Part shown: piece by piece, positions 31,234-40,841 of the stretch
Layout: each line of letters starts with the position of its first letter
How positions within the stretch are numbered: position 1 is the stretch's first letter
NCBI GenBank assembly: GCA_963667015.2
Contig: CAXXJJ010000004.1
Span: forward strand, 256,001-320,000
DNA length: 64,000 nucleotides
Reading direction: 5' to 3'
Source: Desulfatiglandales bacterium
GTDB taxonomy: Bacteria; Desulfobacterota; DSM-4660; Desulfatiglandales; HGW-15
The notes under the pieces: model-generated
The model's database searches: none
Told to the model about the DNA's origin: nothing
The model's input: the letters and a program-made list of their open reading frames with translations, nothing else
Translations under genes and position numbers: made by a program

Positions 31234-32057
31234 ATGAAAGAAAATTTAAAATTTCGTTTTAGAATATATTTAACAGTTTTTACCACTCTGTTGTTAATTG
31301 GTATAATTGGCTTTATGTTCATTGAAAATATGTCATTAACAAACGCGATCTATTTTTCAATTGTAACCATGGCTACAGTTGGTTATGGCGATATTCATCC
31401 TCAAACCGCAACTGGTAAAATCCTGGCCCTGATTATCATCATTGGGGGCGTAGGAACATTTCTCGGCGTTATTGCCAGTATAATTGATTTATTTGCCAGT
31501 CGCCGCGAAGAGGTAGCCAGACAAAAAAAATAGATATGGTAATGGGATTATTTTTCAGTGAAATGGGAAACGAACTGCTAAAACACTTTATAAAGTTTGA
31601 CCCTGATACTGAAGCTCTTCACAAAATTCTGAGGATTACACCAGAATGGAAAGCTGAGGATTTTGACGAGGCATACAAGCTTTTAAAAAAACATCGTCTT
31701 TCAGTCAATTCACTCCAAGGTGATATATCTGCCCTGTTAAATTACCTGCAAAATAAGGCAGATCTGCTTTTAAGACTGCTTGAAAATCCAATCATTGAAG
31801 AACACGAGGATTTTACAGATTTACTGCAAGCCTTATTTCATCTTCGTGATGAGCTATTGCACCGTGATAATATGTTTGAATTATTCGATTCTGACCGTAA
31901 ACATCTCGAAAACGATATCGCTCGAGTATACAGCTTGCTGATATATGAATGGTTGCGTTATATCCGATATTTGAAAGAGAACTACGCATATCTTTTCTCT
32001 CTGGCAGTTCGCATCAATCCCTTTGATCCGGAGGCATCTGCCATTGTGAAAGCTTAA
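31234..32057 (+). pseudogene. Potassium channel family protein frameshifted at A8 (31523-31530)
   Basis: Selectivity filter TMATVGYGD; second ORF continues after a one-base shift. Confidence 0.85.
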
Positions 32058-32259
32058 AAAAAGCACATTATAAAGTGTGCGATAACCTTTGAGTCCACAG
32101 GAAAGCAAGGCACATGCCGCCTGTGACACAATTCGCTGGCTGCAGAAAAGCAACGGGGTCATGTCTTGAATCTTGACAGTTTTACTAACGTCCAAGAGTA
32201 CTGTAGAGTGGGACAATCCATAAAAACGAGATAAATAAATTCAAACCCGGGGCATTTTA

Positions 32260-32691
32260 ATGAGCTACAAATCAATTGCTTTACTCTCTTTAAGTTTAGT
32301 CTTGAGTTCATGCACAAATCCCAAAGACAATTCAGACTGCAGTCAGGTAAATTATTCATTCATCGGTGACTATGAAGGTAAAGGGGCTGATTCTGAAGGC
32401 AATTCATTCAATTTTTTTGCTAAGGTAAGTCATTTAGGTGATAACAAATATCGGCTGTTAATCCTGGCTGATTTAGATAAGCCGAACGAGCCTCTGCATG
32501 TTATGGATGGAGTTCTTGAAAAAAACAAATTTATCTATACTTCTGACAACGGGCAGTATAAGGGCGATGGTACTCTCAGCAAAGATGGGTTTGAAGGATA
32601 CTACAAGGGGCCAATTGACGGTACGTTTACAATGCGTCGGATGAATAGAAAAGGGGATTTGAATCAGGGTCGGGCCAGGATATCTACTTGA
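32260..32691 (+). CDS. Putative lipoprotein
   Basis: Lipobox LSSC; C-terminus runs into a GGGTCGG element end. Confidence 0.65.
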   Translation: MSYKSIALLSLSLVLSSCTNPKDNSDCSQVNYSFIGDYEGKGADSEGNSFNFFAKVSHLGDNKYRLLILADLDKPNEPLHVMDGVLEKNKFIYTSDNGQYKGDGTLSKDGFEGYYKGPIDGTFTMRRMNRKGDLNQGRARIST

Positions 32692-32751
32692 AATGATAAA
32701 ATAAAATTCATAGTCTAAAAAAATGAAATTTTATATTTTAAGGCCGACCCC
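32667..32751. mobile_element. Miniature element with GGGTCGG...CCGACCCC ends, related to the RAYT 3' end
   Basis: Left part resembles the reverse complement of 14547-14583. Confidence 0.55.
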
Positions 32752-32809
32752 ATGTACGTTATAAAAACTTGACGGATTCCGGGGAATATACAACTTGACG
32801 TATTTCAGA

Positions 32810-32829
32810 AGTGACACTATAGTATCACT
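32810..32829. promoter_or_regulatory. Palindromic operator of the TA operon
   Basis: AGTGACACTATAGTATCACT downstream of TTGACG, just before the start codon. Confidence 0.65.
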
Positions 32830-32832
32830 ATT

Positions 32833-33090
32833 ATGAGAATAGAAATCGTTACCACACTTAAAAGAGAGGCAACAAAGATCTTATCAGATCTTCGAGAAAA
32901 CCGTGAGCCGATTTTAATTACAGAACACGGAAAACCCTCCGCTTATCTGGTAGACGCCGAGGATTATGAACTAATGCAGAGTCGCATGCAAATTCTTGAA
33001 GGAATTGCTCGCGGTGAACGTGCAATTCTTGAAAAGAAATTGATTTCAAAGACAAACGCTAGAAAACTCATGGGAAAATGGCTCGATTAA
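32833..33090 (+). CDS. Phd/YefM family antitoxin
   Basis: EPILITEHGKPSAYLV; overlaps the toxin start. Confidence 0.93.
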   Translation: MRIEIVTTLKREATKILSDLRENREPILITEHGKPSAYLVDAEDYELMQSRMQILEGIARGERAILEKKLISKTNARKLMGKWLD

Positions 33091-33392
33091 TCTGGACCGA
33101 ACCTGCCCTACAAGATCTGGAAGAAATTGCAGAATACATTGCCTTAGACGATATGTCTGCAGCCAAGAGGCTCATTTCAAAAGTTTTTACAGTAATAGAA
33201 AAACTTGAAAAATATCCAAATTCCGGAAGGAGACCTCCTGAGCTGAAAGGAACACAATATCGAGAAAAAGTTGTGGGGCCTTGTCGTATATTTTACCGTG
33301 TTGAAAAAGAATCTGTTTTCGTGCTTTACATAATGCGTGGAGAGCGGGAACTTCGAAATTACATCTTATCAGAACGCGAAAAATTGCGCTAA
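33078..33392 (+). CDS. RelE/ParE family toxin
   Basis: WTEPALQDLEEIAEYI...YRE...CRIFYR. Confidence 0.93.
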   Translation: MARLIWTEPALQDLEEIAEYIALDDMSAAKRLISKVFTVIEKLEKYPNSGRRPPELKGTQYREKVVGPCRIFYRVEKESVFVLYIMRGERELRNYILSEREKLR

Positions 33393-33479
33393 AATGATAC
33401 ATGATTATCAAGTCTGCATTTGACTCTTGCCATAAAAAAATGTTGGCAAATCCGATAAATAGAAAAAATTAATAAGAAT

Positions 33480-33779
33480 TTTATAGCTCCATTAGTTGAA
33501 GAGCTTCTTTTTCGCGGTATAGTGCTGGGCGGCCTGAACAGGTCTTTTGGTGTCTGGTGGGGCGTCGCATTGTCAAACCTGCTGTTTATAGGCCTTCACT
33601 ATTCGGAGGCAATACATTTTTGGCCTGCATTCATCGGAATTGCCCTTTTATCTGCAACTGCCACCAGGCAGCGATTGACTCATAAAGCTATTGGGCCCGC
33701 GGTCGCTGTACATCTTGGTTATAACCTGAGTATAGCGGGAGCTGCACTAATTGCAAAAATGACCGGCGGGATTATCTGA
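33480..33779 (+). pseudogene. CPBP/CAAX intramembrane protease 3' fragment
   Basis: APLVEELLFRG, FIGLH, HLGYN; no 5' part. Confidence 0.8.
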
Positions 33780-33907
33780 AAATACGTGGACATACCTCAA
33801 AATATCAAAACTCTTCTGAATTGATAAATTGAAATACGCCCCATAAATATACTCCTGGATCATTCTCTGAAAAACCTGCCGGGGCATTACTCCCGGCTGT
33901 TCAAATG

Positions 33908-34939
33908 CTATTCAATCGGTTCAAGGGGCCAGCCCATTGATTCCGCCTTAGGTCCTACGATTGCATGTATCAGATCCACTTTACCATTTCTCATCCTGAA
34001 CATGTGACAATCGACAGAACCTCCACCTGTAGGGTTTTCCTCACTCACGGAGTCTCCTCCGGCAAATGCCATAAATGCGATGGAAATGCCTTTTTCAGTA
34101 TCAACCCACACGCGTCGCGGTGCGTGGTTTATACTTGATTCTCTTCGTTCAATAAACGTAGCTGGTGAACAGTCATGGTCTCGCCCTGTGGTCATAAAAC
34201 CGTTCTCCCAGCGGTCGCATACTTTGGCAAAGGGAACGCTGGCTGTCGAGCCTTTCATGAATAAATCAAAATAATGATTGGCTGCATCTGCCAGGACCTT
34301 GCGGGATACCCGTTTTTCAGGCGGGAGAATCGTGTCCCAGTCCTGATCTTTTGTTTCCAGCTCCTTTTCCACGCTGAAGGCAAAATCTTTTTCCCTGGCT
34401 ATGATTGTTTCAATTTCCGTGATTTTACCATTTTCAACTTTTAAACGATTGGCAAAAAGGATCGGTCGGACTGTTCCCTCTTTGGGCAGTTCTTTTGGTC
34501 CGGCAAAAAGTGCAGCCACGTTGCCGTCAACCTGTTCATTGGCGGGAGCACCGGCGGGAGCTGTGGGTGTGCCTGGAGCCCCGGCGCTTTCAGAGCCTTC
34601 TCCAAGTGTTTTAGAGTCGAATGGTTCTTCCACTACCGCAATTGTGGCTGTAACACATTTCTGAGTGTCGACTAAAGTTCGTTTTAGCAGGGGCTTGCCC
34701 GCAGTTTCCCAAAAGCCTGTTCCAACCTTTTTTTCTACACCGTTTTCAGTGAATTTTGCGGTGGAAGCAAGGGGCAGACCTGATGTCGTGTGTTTCTGAA
34801 TGGACTCAAAGTATATGTCTGTTATTTTAATAAGATCTTCGCGGGTACAGCTGTCTCCTACAGTCTTAGCATTTGCGACAGAAGCACATATAAGTACTGT
34901 AAGACAGGTCATCATGAAAAATAATACTATTCGTTTCAT
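33908..34939 (-). CDS. Secreted hypothetical protein (possibly NTF2-like fold)
   Basis: Signal peptide; FTENG and RWENG motifs; strong promoter upstream. Confidence 0.7.
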   Translation of the reverse strand: MKRIVLFFMMTCLTVLICASVANAKTVGDSCTREDLIKITDIYFESIQKHTTSGLPLASTAKFTENGVEKKVGTGFWETAGKPLLKRTLVDTQKCVTATIAVVEEPFDSKTLGEGSESAGAPGTPTAPAGAPANEQVDGNVAALFAGPKELPKEGTVRPILFANRLKVENGKITEIETIIAREKDFAFSVEKELETKDQDWDTILPPEKRVSRKVLADAANHYFDLFMKGSTASVPFAKVCDRWENGFMTTGRDHDCSPATFIERRESSINHAPRRVWVDTEKGISIAFMAFAGGDSVSEENPTGGGSVDCHMFRMRNGKVDLIHAIVGPKAESMGWPLEPIE

Positions 34940-35019
34940 CCTTTAATCCTCCGGAACAATACAATTCTATAGAAAAATAAAAAGGCTGGCCGATAAAAAT
35001 TACCTTATCTTGAGGAGTG

Positions 35020-35048
35020 AGTATATGGAGCAGTGTTTTGCATGTCAA
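35020..35048 (-). promoter_or_regulatory. Sigma70 promoter TTGACA-N17-TATACT
   Basis: Near-consensus, upstream of 34939. Confidence 0.75.
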
Positions 35049-35167
35049 TATACTTTTATCGGTTATAGGTTTATTAATCCAGTGTTTGCCTCTTTTAATC
35101 GGGACCATAATTGCTTTTTCCGGTAATGCCTATTCCTTTGATATTGATACGGATAAAATGTATGAAG

Positions 35168-35218
35168 AGGGATGTTTAACAGTTCAATAACTTAAAGGAT
35201 ATTTAATTATTGGACATC
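35168..35218. repeat. REP-like hairpin upstream of the SnoaL gene
   Basis: Direct repeat of 35844-35892. Confidence 0.75.
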
Positions 35219-35298
35219 GATTTCCAATTTATACATATACTGAACCGAGATTTTAAGGACAACAATGTAAACAGATATTCAACGGAGGAAAGAAAACA

Positions 35299-35814
35299 AT
35301 GAATAGTTTCACAAACCGATTCAAAATTTGGCTTTTCCTGATTTGCCTTACATTATTTTGCAGCTCTATTGCTCAGGCAGAAGAAATAACTGTCGAAACC
35401 CTGATTGAGCGCCAGAAGATTCAGGATTTAATTACCCGCTATTACTTCAACTTTGGTGGAACGCCTGAAAGTTTTGCAAACTTTTATGTGGAAAATGGAG
35501 AGCTGTATCTGGTCGGTCGAAGTTTTAAGGGTAGAGAGGACATTGCCAGGGCTTATACATTTCCTGAGAGTGAAGGACCCAAAAATTTTTCATTCAATAG
35601 TCTTATCAGTAATTTAATCATTACGGTGAAAGGTGATACCGCCAGGGCGAAACTGGTGTGGACCGAGAATGTGATGAAAGAAGAAAGGGGTGCGATAGAA
35701 CTGCGAGCTCAGGGGAGGGAGTACTCCACTTTCGTTAAAAAAGATGGCAAGTGGATGTACCTTACTCGCATAATTAAGGGTGGAACCGAGCCGCCGGATG
35801 GTTGGAAGGATTAG
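35299..35814 (+). CDS. Secreted NTF2/SnoaL-like protein
   Basis: IQDLITRY, KGREDI, ITVKGDTA, FVKKDGKW. Confidence 0.85.
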   Translation: MNSFTNRFKIWLFLICLTLFCSSIAQAEEITVETLIERQKIQDLITRYYFNFGGTPESFANFYVENGELYLVGRSFKGREDIARAYTFPESEGPKNFSFNSLISNLIITVKGDTARAKLVWTENVMKEERGAIELRAQGREYSTFVKKDGKWMYLTRIIKGGTEPPDGWKD

Positions 35815-35838
35815 TCGATAAATGTGTGGCTGTTAAGA

Positions 35839-35896
35839 GGGAGGATGTTTAACAGTTCAATAACTCAAAGGATATTGAGCTACTGAACATCGTCCC
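35839..35896. repeat. REP-like hairpin downstream of the SnoaL gene
   Basis: GGGAGGATGTTTAACAGTTCAATA / TATTGAGCTACTGAACATCGTCCC. Confidence 0.75.
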
Positions 35897-35946
35897 ACTT
35901 TCCCACATATATTTACGATGAACAGCACTGCAATATTCCGGGTGTT

Positions 35947-35981
35947 TGTAGTTTGACATGCTGGGTCAAACTACATATACT
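35947..35981 (+). promoter_or_regulatory. Sigma70 promoter with an overlapping perfect 11-bp inverted repeat
   Basis: TTGACA-N17-TATACT; TGTAGTTTGAC-N7-GTCAAACTACA. Confidence 0.75.
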
Positions 35982-36030
35982 TTCTTTCTCAAAACGAATA
36001 TCTATTAACAACTGATGGTTTCAGGTTAAA

Positions 36031-37326
36031 ATGCGTATTATTGTCACACACAAGAATGTCGACCTGGACGCATTTGCTTCATTGGTCGCAGGTACTGTCT
36101 TATACCCTGACGCAATCCCCGTCCTACCCAGGAGCATTAATCCTAATGTAAAGAACTTTATTTCCATTCATAAGGACTTGTTCAAAAGCATTTCTCCTGC
36201 TGAAATAGATATTGATAAAGTCAAAACGTTGATTGCCACGGATGTGAACAGCTGGGGTCGCCTGGAGGGTATGAAAAACCTGAGAAAAAAGGAGAACCTT
36301 GAAATACTGTTATGGGACCATCATCCGAAGGGTGATATGATTCCCACCTGGAAATGTCAGGAACAAATCGGTGCTACTATCACTTTGATGATCAGACAGA
36401 TTAAGAAAGAAAATAAGCCTCTTACTAACATTCAGGCAACGCTTTTTCTGGCTGGTTTGTATGAAGATACCGGAAACCTGATGTTCCCCTCAACAACGGT
36501 CGAAGATGTTTATGCCGCAGCCTATCTCCTTGAGCAAAATGCGGATTTAAGGATTATCAATTCATTCATGCGTCCCGTGTATGGTCCTGAACATAAAGAT
36601 ATCCTGTTTAAAATGCTGGCATCGGCCTCAAGAACCAGGGTGAAGGGATACTCTGTCAGTATTAATAAAATACCAATAAAAGGGCATGTGACAAACCTTG
36701 CCGTAGTGGTTCATATGTACAAAGAGATATTAAATGTTGATGCGGCATTTGGCGTTTTTATCAATAAAGAACGGGAACAATGCATAATAATAGGCCGCAG
36801 CAGTATTGACGATTTAAATATTGGGAGGATAATGCGCACTATTGGTGGAGGCGGCCATCAGGCAGCCGGTTCTGCCATGCTGAAGTCTGTTAATCCTGAC
36901 GAGATTGAAGAAAGGTTAATGGGGTTGATTAAAGGAAACCAGGGCTCCTCCGTCAATGTGACGGACCTTATGTCGTTCCCTGTTTTTTCCGTATCTCCTG
37001 ATACTCCTATGGAAGAGGTTGCTGCAGTTCTAAGGGAAAAAGGATGTACAGGTGTCCCGGTTATGGACGGGGAAAAATTAGCAGGGATGATATCCAGGAG
37101 GGATTTTAAAAAGTTAAAAAACGAATCCCAACTGAAGAGGCCTGTGAAGACTTTTATGATCAGGGACTGCATCACCATAGATGCCGACAGGAGTCCTGCG
37201 GAGGCATCCCGGTTAATAGTAAAGCATGATATCGGCAGGCTGCCTGTAATCCATGACGGCCAGGTCATCGGCATTATTACCCGATCCGATGTGATGCTGT
37301 ATTTTTATGACCTTCTGCCGGAGTAG
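36031..37326 (+). CDS. DHH family phosphoesterase with two CBS domains
   Basis: THKNVDLDA, WDHH, EDTG, GGGGH, CBS pair. Confidence 0.92.
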   Translation: MRIIVTHKNVDLDAFASLVAGTVLYPDAIPVLPRSINPNVKNFISIHKDLFKSISPAEIDIDKVKTLIATDVNSWGRLEGMKNLRKKENLEILLWDHHPKGDMIPTWKCQEQIGATITLMIRQIKKENKPLTNIQATLFLAGLYEDTGNLMFPSTTVEDVYAAAYLLEQNADLRIINSFMRPVYGPEHKDILFKMLASASRTRVKGYSVSINKIPIKGHVTNLAVVVHMYKEILNVDAAFGVFINKEREQCIIIGRSSIDDLNIGRIMRTIGGGGHQAAGSAMLKSVNPDEIEERLMGLIKGNQGSSVNVTDLMSFPVFSVSPDTPMEEVAAVLREKGCTGVPVMDGEKLAGMISRRDFKKLKNESQLKRPVKTFMIRDCITIDADRSPAEASRLIVKHDIGRLPVIHDGQVIGIITRSDVMLYFYDLLPE

Positions 37327-37522
37327 TGTACGGGTGCGTGTAACAGCAGGCAATAGAATTAGAATAGAAATAGAATAGGGGGCGGCCCAGGCTAACCCCT
37401 TTTAAATGCTGCTTTTGCTGTTGACGGCATAAGCCTGACATTTTTAAAAACCGGAAACCTTTTAGAAAAGAGTACCCAACCTACGAAAAGACAGATCAGC
37501 TGATACAAAAAGAGAGTTTAAA

Positions 37523-38041
37523 ATGTATATAAAAGAAAATGCAATGAAGATACTGAAAAAACTGGACCTGTCTGCCGAAGAGGCCCAGCTTGGATATGTA
37601 AAAAAGCTTAAGGATACAGGTGATGCCAGTCACAAAAAAGAGCTTGATAAGCTTCATCATATGATAGCCCGAAAGACACTTGAATACTACTGCGATGGCG
37701 GATACAATGCCTTTTTTGAGAGCTATTCGCTTGATTATACAACAGATGACGAATACAGGGTCGAAGTCAGAGGGCACGCAATGACTATATCTTTTGATAC
37801 ACCTTTCGGCACGCTAACTGGCAACGGCTCAACCTGGGACTATATCTCAAATGATCTTAAGGTATCCGCCAAACCGGTTAATATGGAAATAGAAAAATAT
37901 AAGGCTGTTAAACAACGCATGGAAGAAATACAGAAATCCGAACGCATTGTTTATCCATTCCACTCACTTCACAATATTGCCAATGGATATTTTGATCCGG
38001 ACATCTGTATGTATAACGCCCATAAGATTATTAAAGAGTAG
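37523..38041 (+). CDS. Hypothetical protein
   Basis: 172-aa ORF, no recognisable motif. Confidence 0.6.
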   Translation: MYIKENAMKILKKLDLSAEEAQLGYVKKLKDTGDASHKKELDKLHHMIARKTLEYYCDGGYNAFFESYSLDYTTDDEYRVEVRGHAMTISFDTPFGTLTGNGSTWDYISNDLKVSAKPVNMEIEKYKAVKQRMEEIQKSERIVYPFHSLHNIANGYFDPDICMYNAHKIIKE

Positions 38042-38199
38042 TTGAAAAACAGGATGACAGGCTATAGCTGAAGGCTGCCAGGAAAGAAAAAATGGATTCA
38101 CGCTCCCAGACTTCCCGAGTACAGGCCCTGCGGGGTTAACGATTGAACAAGCAGGTACCTTACTCCGTTTAATGAAATTTAAAAAACAGAGGATAAATC

Positions 38200-38946
38200 A
38201 TGAATACTGGAACACTTGAATCAAGGCTGGAGTTTCTGGAAAAACAGGTTGTTGAACTTGCCGAAAAGCTGAGTAAAAAGGATAAAGAAATTCAGGAATT
38301 AAAAGACATTGAAGAGATCAAGAAACTCCAGGCGGCATATGCATATTACCTTGAAAACAGCATGGGCCAGGATGTCATTGATTGTTTTTCCAATGACCCC
38401 GGTGTATCAGGAACATTTGTTGAAGGGACCTATAAGGGGCCTGAAGGCATAAAAAGATATTTCGGTCGAATGATGGAGAAGGCTCCTTCATTTTTGCATC
38501 AGGTAAGGATGGACACCCCATATATCTCAGTTGCTGCTGATGGAAAAACTGCAAAGGGCAGGTGGTATGGTGACGGAACTCTGGCATTTAAGCCGTTAAA
38601 CAACAAGATAGATCCAATGTTTATGAATGTTGTTTATGAAATGGAATATATCAAAGAGGATGGTGTCTGGAAGATCTATACACTTGCATTTCAGATGCTG
38701 TATGCCTTCCAGCCTTCGAAACAGGGAACAACTGCCGAAGTTTCTTCAGCGGAGCCTTCATCGGATGACGCCTTTGATCCTGATAACATGAAATTGAGTC
38801 CTGATGAATGGGCTGAGTTCGATACTCAATATCCATCAGGATACATATATCCCATTCACTTTAAGCACCCTGTAACCGGAAAGCCTACTAAAGAGGATGA
38901 ATATAATGCCAGGTTGAAACTCAATCCTAACCCGTTCAGGCCATAA
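38200..38946 (+). CDS. NTF2/SnoaL-like protein with N-terminal coiled coil
   Basis: DIEEIKKLQAAY, DGKTAKGRW, YIKEDGVWKI. Confidence 0.85.
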   Translation: MNTGTLESRLEFLEKQVVELAEKLSKKDKEIQELKDIEEIKKLQAAYAYYLENSMGQDVIDCFSNDPGVSGTFVEGTYKGPEGIKRYFGRMMEKAPSFLHQVRMDTPYISVAADGKTAKGRWYGDGTLAFKPLNNKIDPMFMNVVYEMEYIKEDGVWKIYTLAFQMLYAFQPSKQGTTAEVSSAEPSSDDAFDPDNMKLSPDEWAEFDTQYPSGYIYPIHFKHPVTGKPTKEDEYNARLKLNPNPFRP

Positions 38947-39030
38947 GTGACGCAGAGCGTCTGAAAACGACGTTTCCATGAAGACCATTGGAACGATAAC
39001 ACGTGAGTAGAGATAGATTATTAACTATTC

Positions 39031-39077
39031 ACCCTGTTAAATGCTGCTTCGCAGCCCGCTGTGCGGATTTAACAGGG
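39031..39077. repeat. CCCTGTTAAAT...ATTTAACAGGG REP-like palindrome
   Basis: Perfect terminal arms. Confidence 0.8.
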
Positions 39078-39100
39078 TAAACCTTTCAGAGGAGCTGAAT

Positions 39101-39994
39101 ATGGAAAGTCAAACTGAGCAAAAGGAATATGAAAAATATTTTTTCAGAGATGCTGTCCGTGGAGCCATGAAAGAGGAATGGGGCGGTGAGATGATTGGGC
39201 TGGGCGGAATAAAGAGTGATGTAATTCCGGCAGATGCCCATATGTCATTAGGGGTTACCGCTGTTAGAAGACCCTATATGTTTCATGAACCGCTTCATAA
39301 ACACATGTTTACAGAATATTTTTATTTTTTCGGGTCAAATCCTCTTGATATGGATGAATTTGATGCAGCAGTAGAGTACACATTCGGTCCTGAACGTGAA
39401 AAACATATAATTACCTCCCCTACCATTGTGACTGCTGCCCCCGGTGTGTATCACTGCCCCCTGAATTATGCGAAGATCAACAAACCTATTTACTGCCTGG
39501 AAGCATTTATGACAAAGGGCTATTCCGGGGTGGATTTTGGCGAAGATCTGCTGGAGATCAGGACAGATGAACAGAGTTACGACAGATATTTCACTAAAGG
39601 GGTTGTCAGATACGATCAGTGGGGCGGACAAAAAATAGGCCTGGACACAGTGCCTGAACATATACTGCCAGCCTGCGCAAAACTTAATCTTGATGTATCA
39701 GTGGTAAGAAAACCATATATGTATCATGATGTTACCCACAAGCATAATTTTACAGAATTTTATTTCTTTTTTGGCTCAAACCCCATGGACATGAAAGAGT
39801 TTGATGCAGAGGTGGAGTTCTGTTTTGGCACTGAAAAAGAAAAATACATTATTACAGGACCCACTGTTGTGGTTGTACCGCCCGGAGTTTTTCATTTTCC
39901 ATTGAATTTTAAAAAGATCAATAAACCAATCTACTTTCTGGAGGCTTCCCTGACATCCAGGTATCGTGCAACGGATTTTGAAAAAACAGGTTGA
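39101..39994 (+). CDS. Tandem cupin-like two-domain protein
   Basis: Duplicated HKH.FTE.Y.FFGSNP.DM.EFDA.VE...PGV.H.PLN...INKPIY. Confidence 0.75.
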   Translation: MESQTEQKEYEKYFFRDAVRGAMKEEWGGEMIGLGGIKSDVIPADAHMSLGVTAVRRPYMFHEPLHKHMFTEYFYFFGSNPLDMDEFDAAVEYTFGPEREKHIITSPTIVTAAPGVYHCPLNYAKINKPIYCLEAFMTKGYSGVDFGEDLLEIRTDEQSYDRYFTKGVVRYDQWGGQKIGLDTVPEHILPACAKLNLDVSVVRKPYMYHDVTHKHNFTEFYFFFGSNPMDMKEFDAEVEFCFGTEKEKYIITGPTVVVVPPGVFHFPLNFKKINKPIYFLEASLTSRYRATDFEKTG

Positions 39995-40145
39995 TAGGCT
40001 GTAGGCTGTTAGGGAAAACAGATAAGGTAAATTATAAACAACAGATGCAGACCCCGGGCAATTGGCAGGCGGCGCAGAGCGTCTGAAGACAACCTTTACA
40101 CCGGGACTATGGGAATAATAAAAAAACAATAAAAAGGAGATATAT

Positions 40146-40679
40146 ATGCCTGATATCCGATTGTATCAATCAATCCGCTGTATTTTTGCTATCTTAATGA
40201 TTCTCTGTGCTTCTGCTATAGTGCATGCTGGTGAACGCACAATTACAACCGGTGACCAGTTACTGGACCGCATCAACATTGAAGATATGTTTCATGATTA
40301 CTACCTGATTGTGGGAAATCTTGATCGCAGCGATATCAGTAAGTTCTGGGCCGAAGACGGTGTGTTTGTAATGGGCGGGAAAGAAATAGCAGGCAGAAAA
40401 GCCATTCAGGCGCTTTATAACAATACCGAGGGCGCCCCCGAAGGCAAACTGATCACTCTAATGGGAAGTCCGCGCATAAGCATCAATGGCAATAAGGCGA
40501 CTGCTTATTTTATCTATACTTCCTTCCGTTCAGTTGATCCGCAGAAGGCACCTGAAGTCTTTGAGCAGGGACAGGATCATGTCGAACTGGAAAAGATTGA
40601 CGGTGTCTGGATGATCAAGAAAAGGACCCTGGAAAACTATGGTCTCGATATAAAGGTTCTTCAAAAAGCACAACAATAA
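40146..40679 (+). CDS. Secreted NTF2/SnoaL-like protein
   Basis: WAEDG, GRKAI, LEKIDGVWMIKKR. Confidence 0.85.
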   Translation: MPDIRLYQSIRCIFAILMILCASAIVHAGERTITTGDQLLDRINIEDMFHDYYLIVGNLDRSDISKFWAEDGVFVMGGKEIAGRKAIQALYNNTEGAPEGKLITLMGSPRISINGNKATAYFIYTSFRSVDPQKAPEVFEQGQDHVELEKIDGVWMIKKRTLENYGLDIKVLQKAQQ

Positions 40680-40841
40680 ACCGGCCGGGACCTGCAAACC
40701 TGTGGAAATTGCGGAAGCAGGAGACGTAGATAAAATGGTAAAAATAAAAGTCTGATTTGCCTTTTTACCAACGTCCCACAGTCCTGCTTTTGAATGTTGC
40801 GGAAAAGGCCGACAGATCGACGGCCTTTTCATTTTAGGGGC

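Noticed and set aside
5000..33800. Complete integron or prophage
   Set aside because: No tyrosine recombinase/IntI and no phage structural genes are recognisable in the window.
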